Source: Candidatus Sumerlaeaceae bacterium
Lineage (GTDB): Bacteria; Sumerlaeota; Sumerlaeia; Sumerlaeales; Sumerlaeaceae
Reading direction: 5' to 3'
Length of the DNA stretch: 64,000 nucleotides
Assembly (NCBI GenBank): GCA_049968255.1
Contig: JBMFRB010000001.1
Location: 1 to 64,000 of the forward strand
The translations under genes and the position numbers were made by a program. Below are positions 19,678-29,235 of the stretch, one piece after another. Numbering within the stretch: the first letter of the stretch is position 1; every line of letters starts with the position of its first letter. The notes below the pieces were generated by a model. It was not told where the DNA came from and did not search any database. It saw only the letters and a program-made list of their open reading frames with translations.

Positions 19678-22068
19678 CTAGCTCCGAAGTTCGACGCCGA
19701 GTTTAGCCTGGAGATCGGCAATGATTCTGGCGACGAGCTGATTGATTTCTTCGTCCGTGAGGGTGCGGTTGGGAGCGCTGAATTTCATCTGATAGGCGAG
19801 GCTACGCTTGCCTGTTGGAATTCGCTCGCCCTCATAGACATCGAACAGGCGGAGCGATAGCAGCAGCGATTTAGCCCGCTTGCGGATAACGTCCTCAATA
19901 CTAGTGGCAGGGAGATTACGGTCAGCTACCAAGGCGAGATCGCGTGTTACTACAGGAAATTGAGGAATCTCGCGGTAGACTGTGCGATTCTTGAGAAGAG
20001 GGGAAAGGTCGGTAAAATTCCCCCACACAAGAACAACGGGGCGCTTGAGCTCAAAGAGATGCTGGAGCCGAGGGTGAAGTTCGCCAACTTCCAAGACTGG
20101 GCGACCGCCGCTGTCAAGCATCCATGCGGATTTTCCAGGATGGCAAAACGCGCTAAGTCCCTGTGTGGTCGCGCTGGCCTCGGCAACTCCAAGACGATCC
20201 AGCAAAGCTTGCGCAAGCGCTTTGCCTTCAAAGAAATCCGCGTTTCGCGGCTGGTGGCGCCAGGTGCGATCTCCTTGTGCTCCGGCCAGAACAGCAGCGA
20301 ATTGCGTGCACTCGCCAATCCCTGTTTCACATGTGGAATCGGCATGAAAGACCTTTCCAATTTCGAAAAGCCACACGTCGGGTGCGCCGTGATTCTGGTT
20401 GAACAAAATTGACTGCAGCAGGCTCGGCACGAGGCAGGGGCGCAGCGTATCGAACTCAGCTGAAAGGGGGTTTGTCAGCTTCACGCAGGACTCCGGCGTT
20501 AAGCCAAACCTGGAAAGAAACGCCCCAGAGAGGAAACTATAGTTCATGCACTCAGCCAGACCAAACTCGACGCACACCTCGCGCACGATTTGGGCAAGCA
20601 TTTCTTCGTCTGAAAGATCGCGAGCGGAGCTGGTGAGCCGAGGCAGGACGGTTGGAACCTTGTCGTAGCCAATGATGCGCGTCACCTCTTCCACGAGATC
20701 TGCTTCTCGCGTCACGTCGGGGCGACTCGCTGGCGGAATTACATTCAGGACACCGTCGCCATGCCTAACGGCAAAGCCGAGAGCGCGAAGGGACTTCTCG
20801 GCCTCGTCGAGCGTGAGATTCAGCCCAGAGAGCGCGTTGAGGCGAGCCAGGCACAGCTCAATGGCTGCGGGCTGCGCAAGCTGGGGCCCTTCATCGAATC
20901 GGCCAGTGCAGACCTCGCCACCAGCCACTTCTGCAATGAGGGCCGCGGCGCGGTCGACGATACGATCAAGCGCCGACCAATCTGTGCCGCGCTCAAAACG
21001 ATAACTGGATTCCGTGACCTTGGCCAGCCGTTTCGAAGTCCGCCGTATCACACGCGGTGTGAAATAAGCACACTCGAGGAAGACGGAGCGCGTCGCGGGA
21101 TTGATCTCCGTGTTGCCGCATCCCATGATTCCAGCTAAGGCAATGGGCTTCTCCGGATCGGCGATGAGCAGATCGGTTGAAAGCAGCTCGTGCTCCTGGT
21201 CGTCGAGCGTGCGGACTTTTTCGCCGTCGCGGGCATAGCGCACAATGACGCGGCCGGCCGCAACACGATCGAGATCGAACGCGTGAAGAGGATGCCCAAG
21301 CTCGATGAGGATGTAGTTTGTCACGTCCACGACGTTATTGATGGAGCGCATTCCCGCACTTTCCACAGCCCGCTGAAGCCAGAGAGGACTTGGTCCGACC
21401 GTGACGCCGCGAATTACACGCGCGGTGTAGCGGGGGCATGCGTCCGGCGCTTCGACCGTTACCGAAGCAAAGTCGGTGGCTGCTGCACCTTTCTCGGCAA
21501 GAGACGCCTGCGGAAACGAAGGAGGCGGACTTCCAAAAGCTGCTGCCAAGTCGCGAGCTATACCGAGTATGCTGAGGCAATCGGGGCGGTTTGCCGTGAC
21601 CTTAAGGTCAAGCAGGGCGTCAAACGGCTCGCCGATTTTGTAGACCCAATCGGGCGGCAAAATCAGAAGCCCAGATGCATCATCCGACCACCCGAGCTCG
21701 CGGGCACTGCACATCATTCCCTCGGACACTTCGCCCCGAATTTTCGAACGCTTGAGAACGAGTCCGTTTGGCAAGCGCGCCCCCTCCAACGCCAAAACCA
21801 CCGTATCGCCAGCCTTCATGTTCTTTGCGCCACAGACAATTCGCAGTGGCTCGGATTTTCCGGCGTCCACACGGCACAGCACCAGTTGATCAGCGTTCGG
21901 GTGTGGAGCTATTTCTAAAATACGCGCCACAATAATTTTGCCGCTCGCCGCCCCAAGATCCAGAACGTTCTCGACCTCGATGCCGTTCATCGTGAGGCGG
22001 TCAACAATCTCTGCCACAGAATAGGCTGTTCTTAGCAAGGAGGACAACCAACGATAGCTAACTCTCAT
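19678..22068 (-). CDS. pheT: Phenylalanyl-tRNA synthetase beta subunit
   Basis: HPNAD.L, IVCGAKN, RGEVSEGMMCS, TANRPDCLS, INNVVDVTNY, RFERG, DLVEEVTRIIGY, C-terminal FDX-ACB (FDVYEG...KRSLA). Confidence 0.97.
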   Translation of the reverse strand: MRVSYRWLSSLLRTAYSVAEIVDRLTMNGIEVENVLDLGAASGKIIVARILEIAPHPNADQLVLCRVDAGKSEPLRIVCGAKNMKAGDTVVLALEGARLPNGLVLKRSKIRGEVSEGMMCSARELGWSDDASGLLILPPDWVYKIGEPFDALLDLKVTANRPDCLSILGIARDLAAAFGSPPPSFPQASLAEKGAAATDFASVTVEAPDACPRYTARVIRGVTVGPSPLWLQRAVESAGMRSINNVVDVTNYILIELGHPLHAFDLDRVAAGRVIVRYARDGEKVRTLDDQEHELLSTDLLIADPEKPIALAGIMGCGNTEINPATRSVFLECAYFTPRVIRRTSKRLAKVTESSYRFERGTDWSALDRIVDRAAALIAEVAGGEVCTGRFDEGPQLAQPAAIELCLARLNALSGLNLTLDEAEKSLRALGFAVRHGDGVLNVIPPASRPDVTREADLVEEVTRIIGYDKVPTVLPRLTSSARDLSDEEMLAQIVREVCVEFGLAECMNYSFLSGAFLSRFGLTPESCVKLTNPLSAEFDTLRPCLVPSLLQSILFNQNHGAPDVWLFEIGKVFHADSTCETGIGECTQFAAVLAGAQGDRTWRHQPRNADFFEGKALAQALLDRLGVAEASATTQGLSAFCHPGKSAWMLDSGGRPVLEVGELHPRLQHLFELKRPVVLVWGNFTDLSPLLKNRTVYREIPQFPVVTRDLALVADRNLPATSIEDVIRKRAKSLLLSLRLFDVYEGERIPTGKRSLAYQMKFSAPNRTLTDEEINQLVARIIADLQAKLGVELRS

Positions 22069-22280
22069 AAAAAGCGTCCCTGTTTGTCACTGTCGGTAGC
22101 ATTTGCGTATGGACAGTGTGGGCTCGATGCAATGAATTATTTCGTTGGGCACTTGCCACGACGGGGGGCAAGACATTGGCATCGCCAGTGGCAGAATGAT
22201 GTTTCTGACTAGTGGACAAGCTTTGCCAATGAATAAGAGACTGCAAAGTCGGTTTATCGCATTCGAACTAGCTACGGGAA

Positions 22281-22423
22281 AAGAAGAGTTCCGACTCTCA
22301 CCTTTCTGCCGCCGTGGAGCGAGCGTGAAGGGTTCGAAATCATGAGCGCGCTCTGGGCGTGTTGGCAGCAAGGTTTGTGCGCCGGAGAAGAGAGAAGGAG
22401 CTCTTCTCCGGCGCTTGTCGTTT
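22281..22423 (+). ncRNA. Putative L20 leader (infC-rpmI-rplT) with terminator-like hairpin
   Basis: AGAAGAG-TTCCGA-CTCTCACCT small stem, then ACCTTTCTGCC/GGCAGCAAGGT long stem, resembling the AGAAG...CUUCUCACCU...AGGU L20-leader pattern. Followed by a perfect 14-bp hairpin (22379-22414) and a T-containing tail, directly upstream of infC. Confidence 0.62.
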
Positions 22424-22456
22424 AGTGTTAGTTTGCTAACATGGAGGAACAGGCTT

Positions 22457-22966
22457 ATTAAAGAGCAATTACGCATCAATCATGAAATTCGGGCTCGCGA
22501 GGTCCGTTTGATTGACCAGAACGGTCAGCAAATTGGCGTGGTGCCGTTGGCTGAGGCATTGAAGCGAGCGGAGGAAGCTCAGCTCGACCTCGTGGAAGTG
22601 GCACCGGACGCAAAGCCGCCAGTATGCCGAATTGAAGACTACAAGAAAGTCCTCTACGACCGAAAGCGGCGAGCGCGCGAGGCCAAGAAGAAACACAAGA
22701 CAATTGAGGTCAAAGAGGTGAAGATGCGGCTTTCGATTGATCCGCATGATTATCAGACAAAGCTCGTCCATGCGCGCGAGTTCCTCGAGAAAGGCAATAA
22801 GGTAAAGCTCACGATCATGTATCGAGGCCGCGAGCGTGCGTTTCAGGATCGAGCCCAGCATCTCATTGACCAAGTGACGAAGGACCTTGAGGACGTTGCG
22901 GTTCAGGAGTCGGTAAGCCGCGCGAACAATCTGCTTACAGGCGCCGTGTACGCTCACAAAAAGTAG
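22457..22966 (+). CDS. infC: Translation initiation factor IF-3, non-canonical ATT start
   Basis: [44 protein letters not shown]; SD GGAGG at 22443-22447 precedes the in-frame ATT at 22457. Confidence 0.95.
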   Translation: MKEQLRINHEIRAREVRLIDQNGQQIGVVPLAEALKRAEEAQLDLVEVAPDAKPPVCRIEDYKKVLYDRKRRAREAKKKHKTIEVKEVKMRLSIDPHDYQTKLVHAREFLEKGNKVKLTIMYRGRERAFQDRAQHLIDQVTKDLEDVAVQESVSRANNLLTGAVYAHKK

Positions 22967-23058
22967 GATCCCCCAGGGAGAGGAGCGGGAAAAATAGTTT
23001 CACAGGCGGTGCGTGGCCGCGTGGCGCACGCCCGCAGAACGAAGGAAAGGACTGTGCG

Positions 23059-23256
23059 ATGCCGAAACAAAAAACCAAACGTTCGGCTGCCAAGCGCTTC
23101 CGCGTGACAGCAACCGGTAAGATCAAACGTAAAAAAGCTTACCTTAGTCACATTCTCACTTCGAAGGACCGAAAACGCAAACGGCGCCTTCGCAAGCCGG
23201 ATTTTGTGGCACCGGTGGAAGCTAAACGTATCAAGAAGCTCATCCCTTATAAGTAA
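23059..23256 (+). CDS. rpmI: 50S ribosomal protein L35
   Basis: [24 protein letters not shown]...HIL; lies between infC and rplT. Confidence 0.98.
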   Translation: MPKQKTKRSAAKRFRVTATGKIKRKKAYLSHILTSKDRKRKRRLRKPDFVAPVEAKRIKKLIPYK

Positions 23257-23312
23257 GGTGCGCTCCGTCGGATGCGCCAGAGGGAACCCGAACGATAAGA
23301 GGAGTGTAAACT

Positions 23313-23684
23313 ATGCCACGAGCAACGAACAATCCGGCGTCGCGCCGCCGGCGTAAAAAAATTCTCGACCGCGCGGAAGGCTACTATAGCGGCAGACGTA
23401 AGTTATTTCAGAACGCGAAGGAAACGGTTAAGCGTGCGCTGCGCTACGCGTATCGGGACCGTCGCCAGCGCAAGCGCGAATTTCGCGCTTTGTGGATCGC
23501 GCGCATCAATGCAGCCACGCGCGCGGCAGATTTGCCTTACAGCCGCTTCATGGCTGGACTTCGGGCTGCAGGCGTTGAAGTGAATCGCAAGATGTTGGCC
23601 GACTTGGCTGTGCGTGAGCCCGATGTGTTTGCTCAGTACGTGAAGATCGCTCAGGAGGCACTGGCCACAAAAACGAGCGCCTAG
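23313..23684 (+). CDS. rplT: 50S ribosomal protein L20
   Basis: YAYRDRRQRKREFRALWIARINAA, NRKMLADLAV. Confidence 0.98.
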   Translation: MPRATNNPASRRRRKKILDRAEGYYSGRRKLFQNAKETVKRALRYAYRDRRQRKREFRALWIARINAATRAADLPYSRFMAGLRAAGVEVNRKMLADLAVREPDVFAQYVKIAQEALATKTSA

Positions 23685-23702
23685 ACTGAGCAGCACCACG
23701 GA

Positions 23703-23757
23703 AGCAAAAATCGAGCGGCGGTGTGCCTTCACCGGTGGACCGCCGCTTCGCTTTGCT
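23703..23757. terminator. Hairpin between convergent rplT and leuS (probable terminator)
   Basis: GAGCGGCGGT...ACCGCCGCTT stem flanked by AGCAAA/TTTGCT. Confidence 0.55.
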
Positions 23758-23824
23758 CTCCTTGAGATCCCCGCCTGCGACGAGCGAGCAGTCTCAGAGC
23801 TTAGCGACTGGGGCAACTGCCTAG

Positions 23825-26476
23825 TCAGCACACGATGTTCACGAGTTTCCTTGGAACATAGATCACCTTTCGGGGTTGCTTACCCGCAAGTGCCTGCTGA
23901 ACTTTCTCGTCTGCCAGAGCAAGCTCGCGCGCTTGTTCTTCTGTAGTTTCGGACGCGATTGTCAGACGCGAACGAATCTTGCCGTTGACCTGGACCACAA
24001 TTTCCACTTCGTGACGAACAAGAGCTGCGGGATCGTATGTGGGGAATGGTTGATCATCTATCGCGCCGACAAAACCCGCCCGTTGCCATAACTCGCTGGT
24101 GATGTGTGGTGAGAAAGGGAAAAGTAGGAGAAGCAGCGTTTTGAGACCATGGCCAAGCAACGGTGCGCCGACTTCTGACGAAGTAGCTGCTGCTTGCAGG
24201 GCATTCTGAAGCTCCATCGCCGCTGCGATGGCCGTATTGAAATGATGGCGTTCCTCGATTTCGGTCTGCACCCGCTGAATGGACCAATGAATGACATAAT
24301 TGAGCTCGCGTTCGGCGCGTGTCTGCGGCTGATCATTTTTGTCAGCTTGTTGACAAGCTTGCACGTTTGAGAGGACCAGGCGCCACACGCGATTGAGGAA
24401 ACGGTAGCAGCCCTCCACCCCACGATCGCTCCATTCGAGCTCTTTTTCGGCAGGCGCTGCAAAAAGGATAAAAAGGCGTGCGGTATCGGCACCGTAGCGA
24501 TCGATAATGTCCATCGGATCCACACCGTTGCCGAGCGATTTAGACATTTTGGCGTACTTGGGCCGTCCATGCTCGTCCACGGCAAGTTTGCCCGTCTGCT
24601 TATCAATGTAAGTGTTGGTGACCATGCCCTGCGCAAGTAGGCGAGAGAACGGCTCGTGGCAATCCACAAGGCCAAGGTCGCGCAGTGCTTTGACAAAAAA
24701 GCGTGAGTAAAGGAGGTGAAGAATGGCATGCTCGATACCACCGATGTATTGGTCCACGGGCATCCATTGACCCGCCTTTTCTCGCGAAAAAGGCTCGCGG
24801 TCATTGTGCGGATCGCAATAGCGCAGAAAATACCATGACGAGTCGACGAAGGTGTCCATCGTGTCGGTTTCTCGACGTGCAGGCGAATTGCATTTTGGGC
24901 AGGAAGTTTCGACAAATTCTTTCACGCTGGCCAGGGGGTTACCGATGCCAGTGAACTGAGCTTTGGCCGGCAACTCGACAGGTAACTGATCCTCTGGAAC
25001 CGGCAGCGTACCGCACTTTCCGCAATAAATAATCGGAATAGGCGTGCCCCAGAATCGCTGGCGTGAGATAAGCCAATCCCGCAGTTTATACTGAACTGAG
25101 CGCTGGCCGTAGCCCTTTTGCTCAAGGTACTCGACAATTTTTTTCTTCGCACTTTCGCTGTCGAGCCCATCGAAAGGTGCACTGTTGACCATAGTTCCTG
25201 GCTCAATATAGGCTTGCTCGAGCGCATCACCACAAAGGTCGGCCTGTCCGAGGGATGGCGGCGCAATGACGACTTTGATAGGAATACCATATTTCTTCGC
25301 GAATTCGAAATCGCGCTGGTCGTGCGCCGGCACAGCCATGATAGCGCCCGTGCCGTATTCCATAAGAACAAAGTTAGCAATGTAGATCGGCACGACGTCG
25401 CGGTTGAGTTGGTTCACTGCGTAGCGCCCGATAAACAAGCCTTCCTTCTCGCGATCGGCAGCCGTGCGAAGAAACCGATCTTCCACCACGACTTTCGCAG
25501 CGAACTCTTCAACGCGTTTGGCAATGTTTTCGGTCTGATAGGGACGTTGCTGGGGGGCAAGTTTTTCAACCTCTGCCACGAGCTCTACCACACGCGGGTG
25601 CTCGGGCGCAAAAACCATGAACGTGACACCGAAGAGCGTGTCAGGGCGGGTTGTGAAAATCTCGATGTCGGGCAAAGCGCCTAGCTCTTGATCACTTCCC
25701 TGCCACTTCATGCCAGGGCGAAGTGGCGTGTCAGCAGGCAGAAGTTTGAACTTCACGAGAGCGCCTTCGCTTTTGCCGATCCAATTGCGCTGCATGATCT
25801 TTACGCTTTCGGGCCAATCTTCTAGCTTGTCGAGATCGGCGAGAAGCTCCTCAGCGTAGTGCGTAATCTTGAACCACCATTGTTCAAGGTTGCGAACAGT
25901 GACAGGGTTGTGGCAGCGCCAACAGCTCCCTTGCTCGACCTGCTCGTTGGCTAGCACAGTTTGGCACGTGTCGCACCAGTTGATGGCGGCAGCTTTTTTG
26001 TACGCCAGCCCCTTCTCGTAGAGCTTGAGGAAAAACCACTGGTTCCAACGGTAGTACTCGGGCCGACACGTGATGACTTCACGGTCCCAATCCAGGCTGA
26101 AGCCCATCATTCGGAACTGCTGTTTCATTTCCACAATGCAGCGTTCTGTCCAATCCGCAGGTTGAACTTGATGTTTGATGGCGGCGTTCTCCGCGGGAAG
26201 GCCGAAAGCGTCGAAGCCCATGGGGTGAAGGACCGATTTTCCGCGCATGCGAAGAAACCGCGCTAGTGCGTCACCAATCGAATAAACACGGCAGTGCCCC
26301 ATATGCAGGCGCCCCGACGGGTAGGGAAACATTTCGAGAACGTAGTATTTGTCCCTACTTGGATCTTGAGGAGTCGCAAATTGCTTGCGTTGTTCCCAAA
26401 TTCTCTGCCAGCGCTCCTCGATTTCTTTATGCGGATAAACGCTTTCTACCGTCGTGGTTTTTGGCTCTTGCGCCAT
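23825..26476 (-). CDS. leuS: Leucyl-tRNA synthetase
   Basis: [20 protein letters not shown] editing domain, [26 protein letters not shown]. Confidence 0.98.
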   Translation of the reverse strand: MAQEPKTTTVESVYPHKEIEERWQRIWEQRKQFATPQDPSRDKYYVLEMFPYPSGRLHMGHCRVYSIGDALARFLRMRGKSVLHPMGFDAFGLPAENAAIKHQVQPADWTERCIVEMKQQFRMMGFSLDWDREVITCRPEYYRWNQWFFLKLYEKGLAYKKAAAINWCDTCQTVLANEQVEQGSCWRCHNPVTVRNLEQWWFKITHYAEELLADLDKLEDWPESVKIMQRNWIGKSEGALVKFKLLPADTPLRPGMKWQGSDQELGALPDIEIFTTRPDTLFGVTFMVFAPEHPRVVELVAEVEKLAPQQRPYQTENIAKRVEEFAAKVVVEDRFLRTAADREKEGLFIGRYAVNQLNRDVVPIYIANFVLMEYGTGAIMAVPAHDQRDFEFAKKYGIPIKVVIAPPSLGQADLCGDALEQAYIEPGTMVNSAPFDGLDSESAKKKIVEYLEQKGYGQRSVQYKLRDWLISRQRFWGTPIPIIYCGKCGTLPVPEDQLPVELPAKAQFTGIGNPLASVKEFVETSCPKCNSPARRETDTMDTFVDSSWYFLRYCDPHNDREPFSREKAGQWMPVDQYIGGIEHAILHLLYSRFFVKALRDLGLVDCHEPFSRLLAQGMVTNTYIDKQTGKLAVDEHGRPKYAKMSKSLGNGVDPMDIIDRYGADTARLFILFAAPAEKELEWSDRGVEGCYRFLNRVWRLVLSNVQACQQADKNDQPQTRAERELNYVIHWSIQRVQTEIEERHHFNTAIAAAMELQNALQAAATSSEVGAPLLGHGLKTLLLLLFPFSPHITSELWQRAGFVGAIDDQPFPTYDPAALVRHEVEIVVQVNGKIRSRLTIASETTEEQARELALADEKVQQALAGKQPRKVIYVPRKLVNIVC

Positions 26477-26744
26477 CGGTGACTCCTCGCTTGTGGCAAA
26501 TGATTCACATGCCAGCTTTGAATTGCGACACGTGCAACTTTCGTATTAGACTTTTGGGTAAAAATGCTTTGCTAGATGATTCAAAACCAAGATCGTGAGC
26601 CAACGAATCGCTACAAGCAAATGCAAGAGCTTCATTGATCAAAAATGCACGACGTCGAGTAGTAGTCTTTTTTTCCTAGAGAAACCCCCCGAGCCACTGC
26701 TACGGTTTCCACGCACCACTCAGAAAAGGAGAAAGAATAAGACG

Positions 26745-27122
26745 ATGGTCGGTCCGGAAGACTTGGGCGATATCACAATAAACGACAACGTCATAGCTCT
26801 CTACGCAAGCATTGCGCTGACGCAGGTGGAAGGTGTGGTCACGCTCAGCGGCAAGAGCAGCTTTAGCGATTACGTCGGCGCGAAAAGTAAAGACGCGGAG
26901 AAGGGCATCAGCGTCTCCATAGATAAGGCGACAAACTTGTGCACCATCAATGTTGAGGTGAACATCTACTATGGCTATAATCTTTACGACGTTGCGCGGC
27001 AAATTCAGCGGCAGGTGAAGAATGCTGTCGAGAATTACACCGGCGTGACGGTGGAGCGGGTCAACGTGACGATCCGCGACGTGATCGTGCCGGATCAGCC
27101 GCGACCCGAAGCAAAGAAGTGA
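26745..27122 (+). CDS. Asp23/Gls24-family envelope stress protein
   Basis: LGDITINDNVIA...VEGV...KGISV...YGYNLYDVARQIQRQVKNAVENYTGVTVERVNVTI; SD AAGGAG. Confidence 0.88.
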   Translation: MVGPEDLGDITINDNVIALYASIALTQVEGVVTLSGKSSFSDYVGAKSKDAEKGISVSIDKATNLCTINVEVNIYYGYNLYDVARQIQRQVKNAVENYTGVTVERVNVTIRDVIVPDQPRPEAKK

Positions 27123-27132
27123 AGAGGAGACG

Positions 27133-28032
27133 ATGATAATGAAGTGGCTTTATCATTTGCTACTGCGCCTGCTGATGGCGATATTACTGATTGCCAGTGT
27201 GCTGGGAATGCTGGTCTCTTTCCCGCTTAAGTCGAAGTGGTTCGATCCGGTGCGGGATTTTGGCAACTGGCTGGTCGAGCGCATTCTTGCTGGTCCGCAC
27301 ATGGTTTTCTGGTTCTGGTTCGGTCTATTCTGGGCAATCATCGCTATCGGTGCGCTTGCATCGCTGCTGCGCCGCCGCACGGAAGGCGTGGCGATCGCGA
27401 TTGAGGACGGCCGAGTGGTCATTCTCGAATCTGCAATTCGCAAGTTCTTGCGAACAGCGTTGCGAGATGTTGCGAATTTTCAGGTGCGGAACATTGACAT
27501 CTACCAAATGCGCAACCGGCTCTACATCGATCTCTACGCACAAGTGGTAGCTCAAGCGCGCGTTCCGGAGGTCGAGGAAACTGTCGTTGGCATCGTGAAA
27601 CGTTCGCTGCGCGAGCAGCTCGGCATCGAACAGGATGCAGTGGTCCAACTTTATGTGACGGATTTTACCGGGACATCAGACAACGACGAGCTCGTCTATC
27701 GTCGCCGCTGGGATGAAAAGGAAGAGACAGCAGGCACAGGCGCGCAAACCGCAGGCGCGGTGGACGTTGAGCCCGAGTCGCTTGCCATGGGTTGGGGGAG
27801 AGAGGAACCAGAATTAGAGCGACCTGTCACGCGGGGCGAAGCAGACGGGGGAGAAACAGCATCGTCCGAGCAATCGCAAACTGGGGCTCCCAAACAGCGG
27901 AGGGGCTTTTGGTCGCTTTTTGGGAAAGGCAAAGACAGCGCAAAAAAGTCAGATCAAGAGACTGCACCTGCTGCTGCGCCGTGTGAAGGAGAGACCTCGC
28001 CAAGCGAAGGCGAGCAGAAGCCACAGGCTTGA
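27133..28032 (+). CDS. AmaP-like membrane anchor protein with acidic disordered tail
   Basis: Two N-terminal TM segments, then an Asp23-like segment (DGRVVILESAIRKFL...VKRSLREQLGI); directly follows the asp23-like gene. Confidence 0.6.
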   Translation: MIMKWLYHLLLRLLMAILLIASVLGMLVSFPLKSKWFDPVRDFGNWLVERILAGPHMVFWFWFGLFWAIIAIGALASLLRRRTEGVAIAIEDGRVVILESAIRKFLRTALRDVANFQVRNIDIYQMRNRLYIDLYAQVVAQARVPEVEETVVGIVKRSLREQLGIEQDAVVQLYVTDFTGTSDNDELVYRRRWDEKEETAGTGAQTAGAVDVEPESLAMGWGREEPELERPVTRGEADGGETASSEQSQTGAPKQRRGFWSLFGKGKDSAKKSDQETAPAAAPCEGETSPSEGEQKPQA

Positions 28033-28093
28033 GCCGCGCCACCACACTTAGTCTCGCCGTGGCATTGAACAAATCTGCAGAAAGGTTAGTGTT

Positions 28094-28609
28094 GTGCTAT
28101 CGTTTCGATCCGAAAGCGACATTCCAGAAATTACACCGTGGGAAACCTTGGCGACGATTTTAGCAGATCTTCGGCGCCAAGATAAGAAAGTGGTTTTCAC
28201 GAATGGAGTTTTTGATCTCATCCATCCCGGGCACGTGCGCTATCTGCGCGAGGCGAAATCGTTGGGCGACGTCCTCGTCGTGGCTCTCAATACTGACGAT
28301 TCCGTGGTGAGAATCAAGGGACCAACGCGCCCGATTCTCTCGTTGGCCGAGCGAGCTCGGATTCTTGCCGCGCTCGAGATGGTGGATTACTTGACAGCGT
28401 TTGCTGAAGATACGCCGATGGAAATCTTGCAGGTCCTTCGGCCCGACGTCCTCGTCAAAGGCGGTGATTATACACCCGATCAAGTCGTGGGGCGGGATCT
28501 CGTGGAATCGTACGGCGGGGTGTGTCGCACGCTGGCTTTTGCCCCTGGCTATTCGACCACAAGCGTCATTGAGCGAATTCTTGAAATGTCGCAAACGAGC
28601 AAGCGCTAA
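28094..28609 (+). CDS. rfaE2: D-glycero-beta-D-manno-heptose 1-phosphate adenylyltransferase (RfaE/HldE domain II, stand-alone)
   Basis: [48 protein letters not shown]. Confidence 0.92.
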   Translation: MLSFRSESDIPEITPWETLATILADLRRQDKKVVFTNGVFDLIHPGHVRYLREAKSLGDVLVVALNTDDSVVRIKGPTRPILSLAERARILAALEMVDYLTAFAEDTPMEILQVLRPDVLVKGGDYTPDQVVGRDLVESYGGVCRTLAFAPGYSTTSVIERILEMSQTSKR

Positions 28610-28654
28610 TTTGTTCCAGCAAAAGGGAATACACAGATTTCGGAGGGTGATAGG

Positions 28655-28879
28655 ATGGAAGTCTTTGAATTTGCAAAGGATGATAAAGTTGAGCATCCTG
28701 TCTTTGGCAAAGGTAAAGTTACGGCCGTGCTCGGGGACGGCGAGAACGCAAAAGTGATCGTGGACTTTGGCAAGGAGATTGGAGAAAAAAAACTTGTGAT
28801 ACGCTTGGCACGCTTGAAAAAACTTTCAGATCGCGTCAAATTGGAAAGCACAGAAGGCCTTGGTGAGCACAAGCAATGA
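28655..28879 (+). CDS. Stand-alone PcrA/UvrD C-terminal Tudor-like domain protein
   Basis: DKVEHPVFGKGKVTAVLGDGENAKVIVDFGKEIGEKKLV closely follows the UvrD/PcrA CTD pattern (V.H..FG.G.V....G.G......V.F...G.K.L); GGAGG upstream; stop overlaps the gatC ATG. Confidence 0.75.
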   Translation: MEVFEFAKDDKVEHPVFGKGKVTAVLGDGENAKVIVDFGKEIGEKKLVIRLARLKKLSDRVKLESTEGLGEHKQ

Positions 28880-29172
28880 GCCGGATTGATCGCGAGACAG
28901 TTCGACATGTGGCGTTGTTGGCACGCCTTGAATTCTCAGACGAAGAACTCGACCGTTTCGCTCACGAGCTTGGAGATATTCTCGAATACGTAGCTAAACT
29001 CGAAGGCCTGGATACGACCGATGTTGCGCCGACGTCGCACTCCCTCCCACTCGCCAATGTTATGCGCGACGACGTCGTCAAACCATCACTGCCCAAAGAG
29101 CAAGCACTCGCCAATGCGCCGGATGCGGAAGACGGATGCTTCAAAGTTCCACAAGTCATTCAGGACTTCTAA
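28876..29172 (+). CDS. gatC: Asp/Glu-tRNA amidotransferase subunit C
   Basis: VRHVALLARLE, LDTTDVAPT, NVMRDD, ALANAP...FKVPQV. Confidence 0.96.
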   Translation: MSRIDRETVRHVALLARLEFSDEELDRFAHELGDILEYVAKLEGLDTTDVAPTSHSLPLANVMRDDVVKPSLPKEQALANAPDAEDGCFKVPQVIQDF

Positions 29173-29235
29173 AGCAAAGTGCGCTCTGTCTTTTCGTTTC
29201 CAAGAATGGAGCCCGACCCGAGCTGCAAATGAACA

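Noticed and set aside
22415-22456. TTG-started N-terminal extension of IF-3
   Set aside because: SD position and known infC biology favour ATT at 22457.
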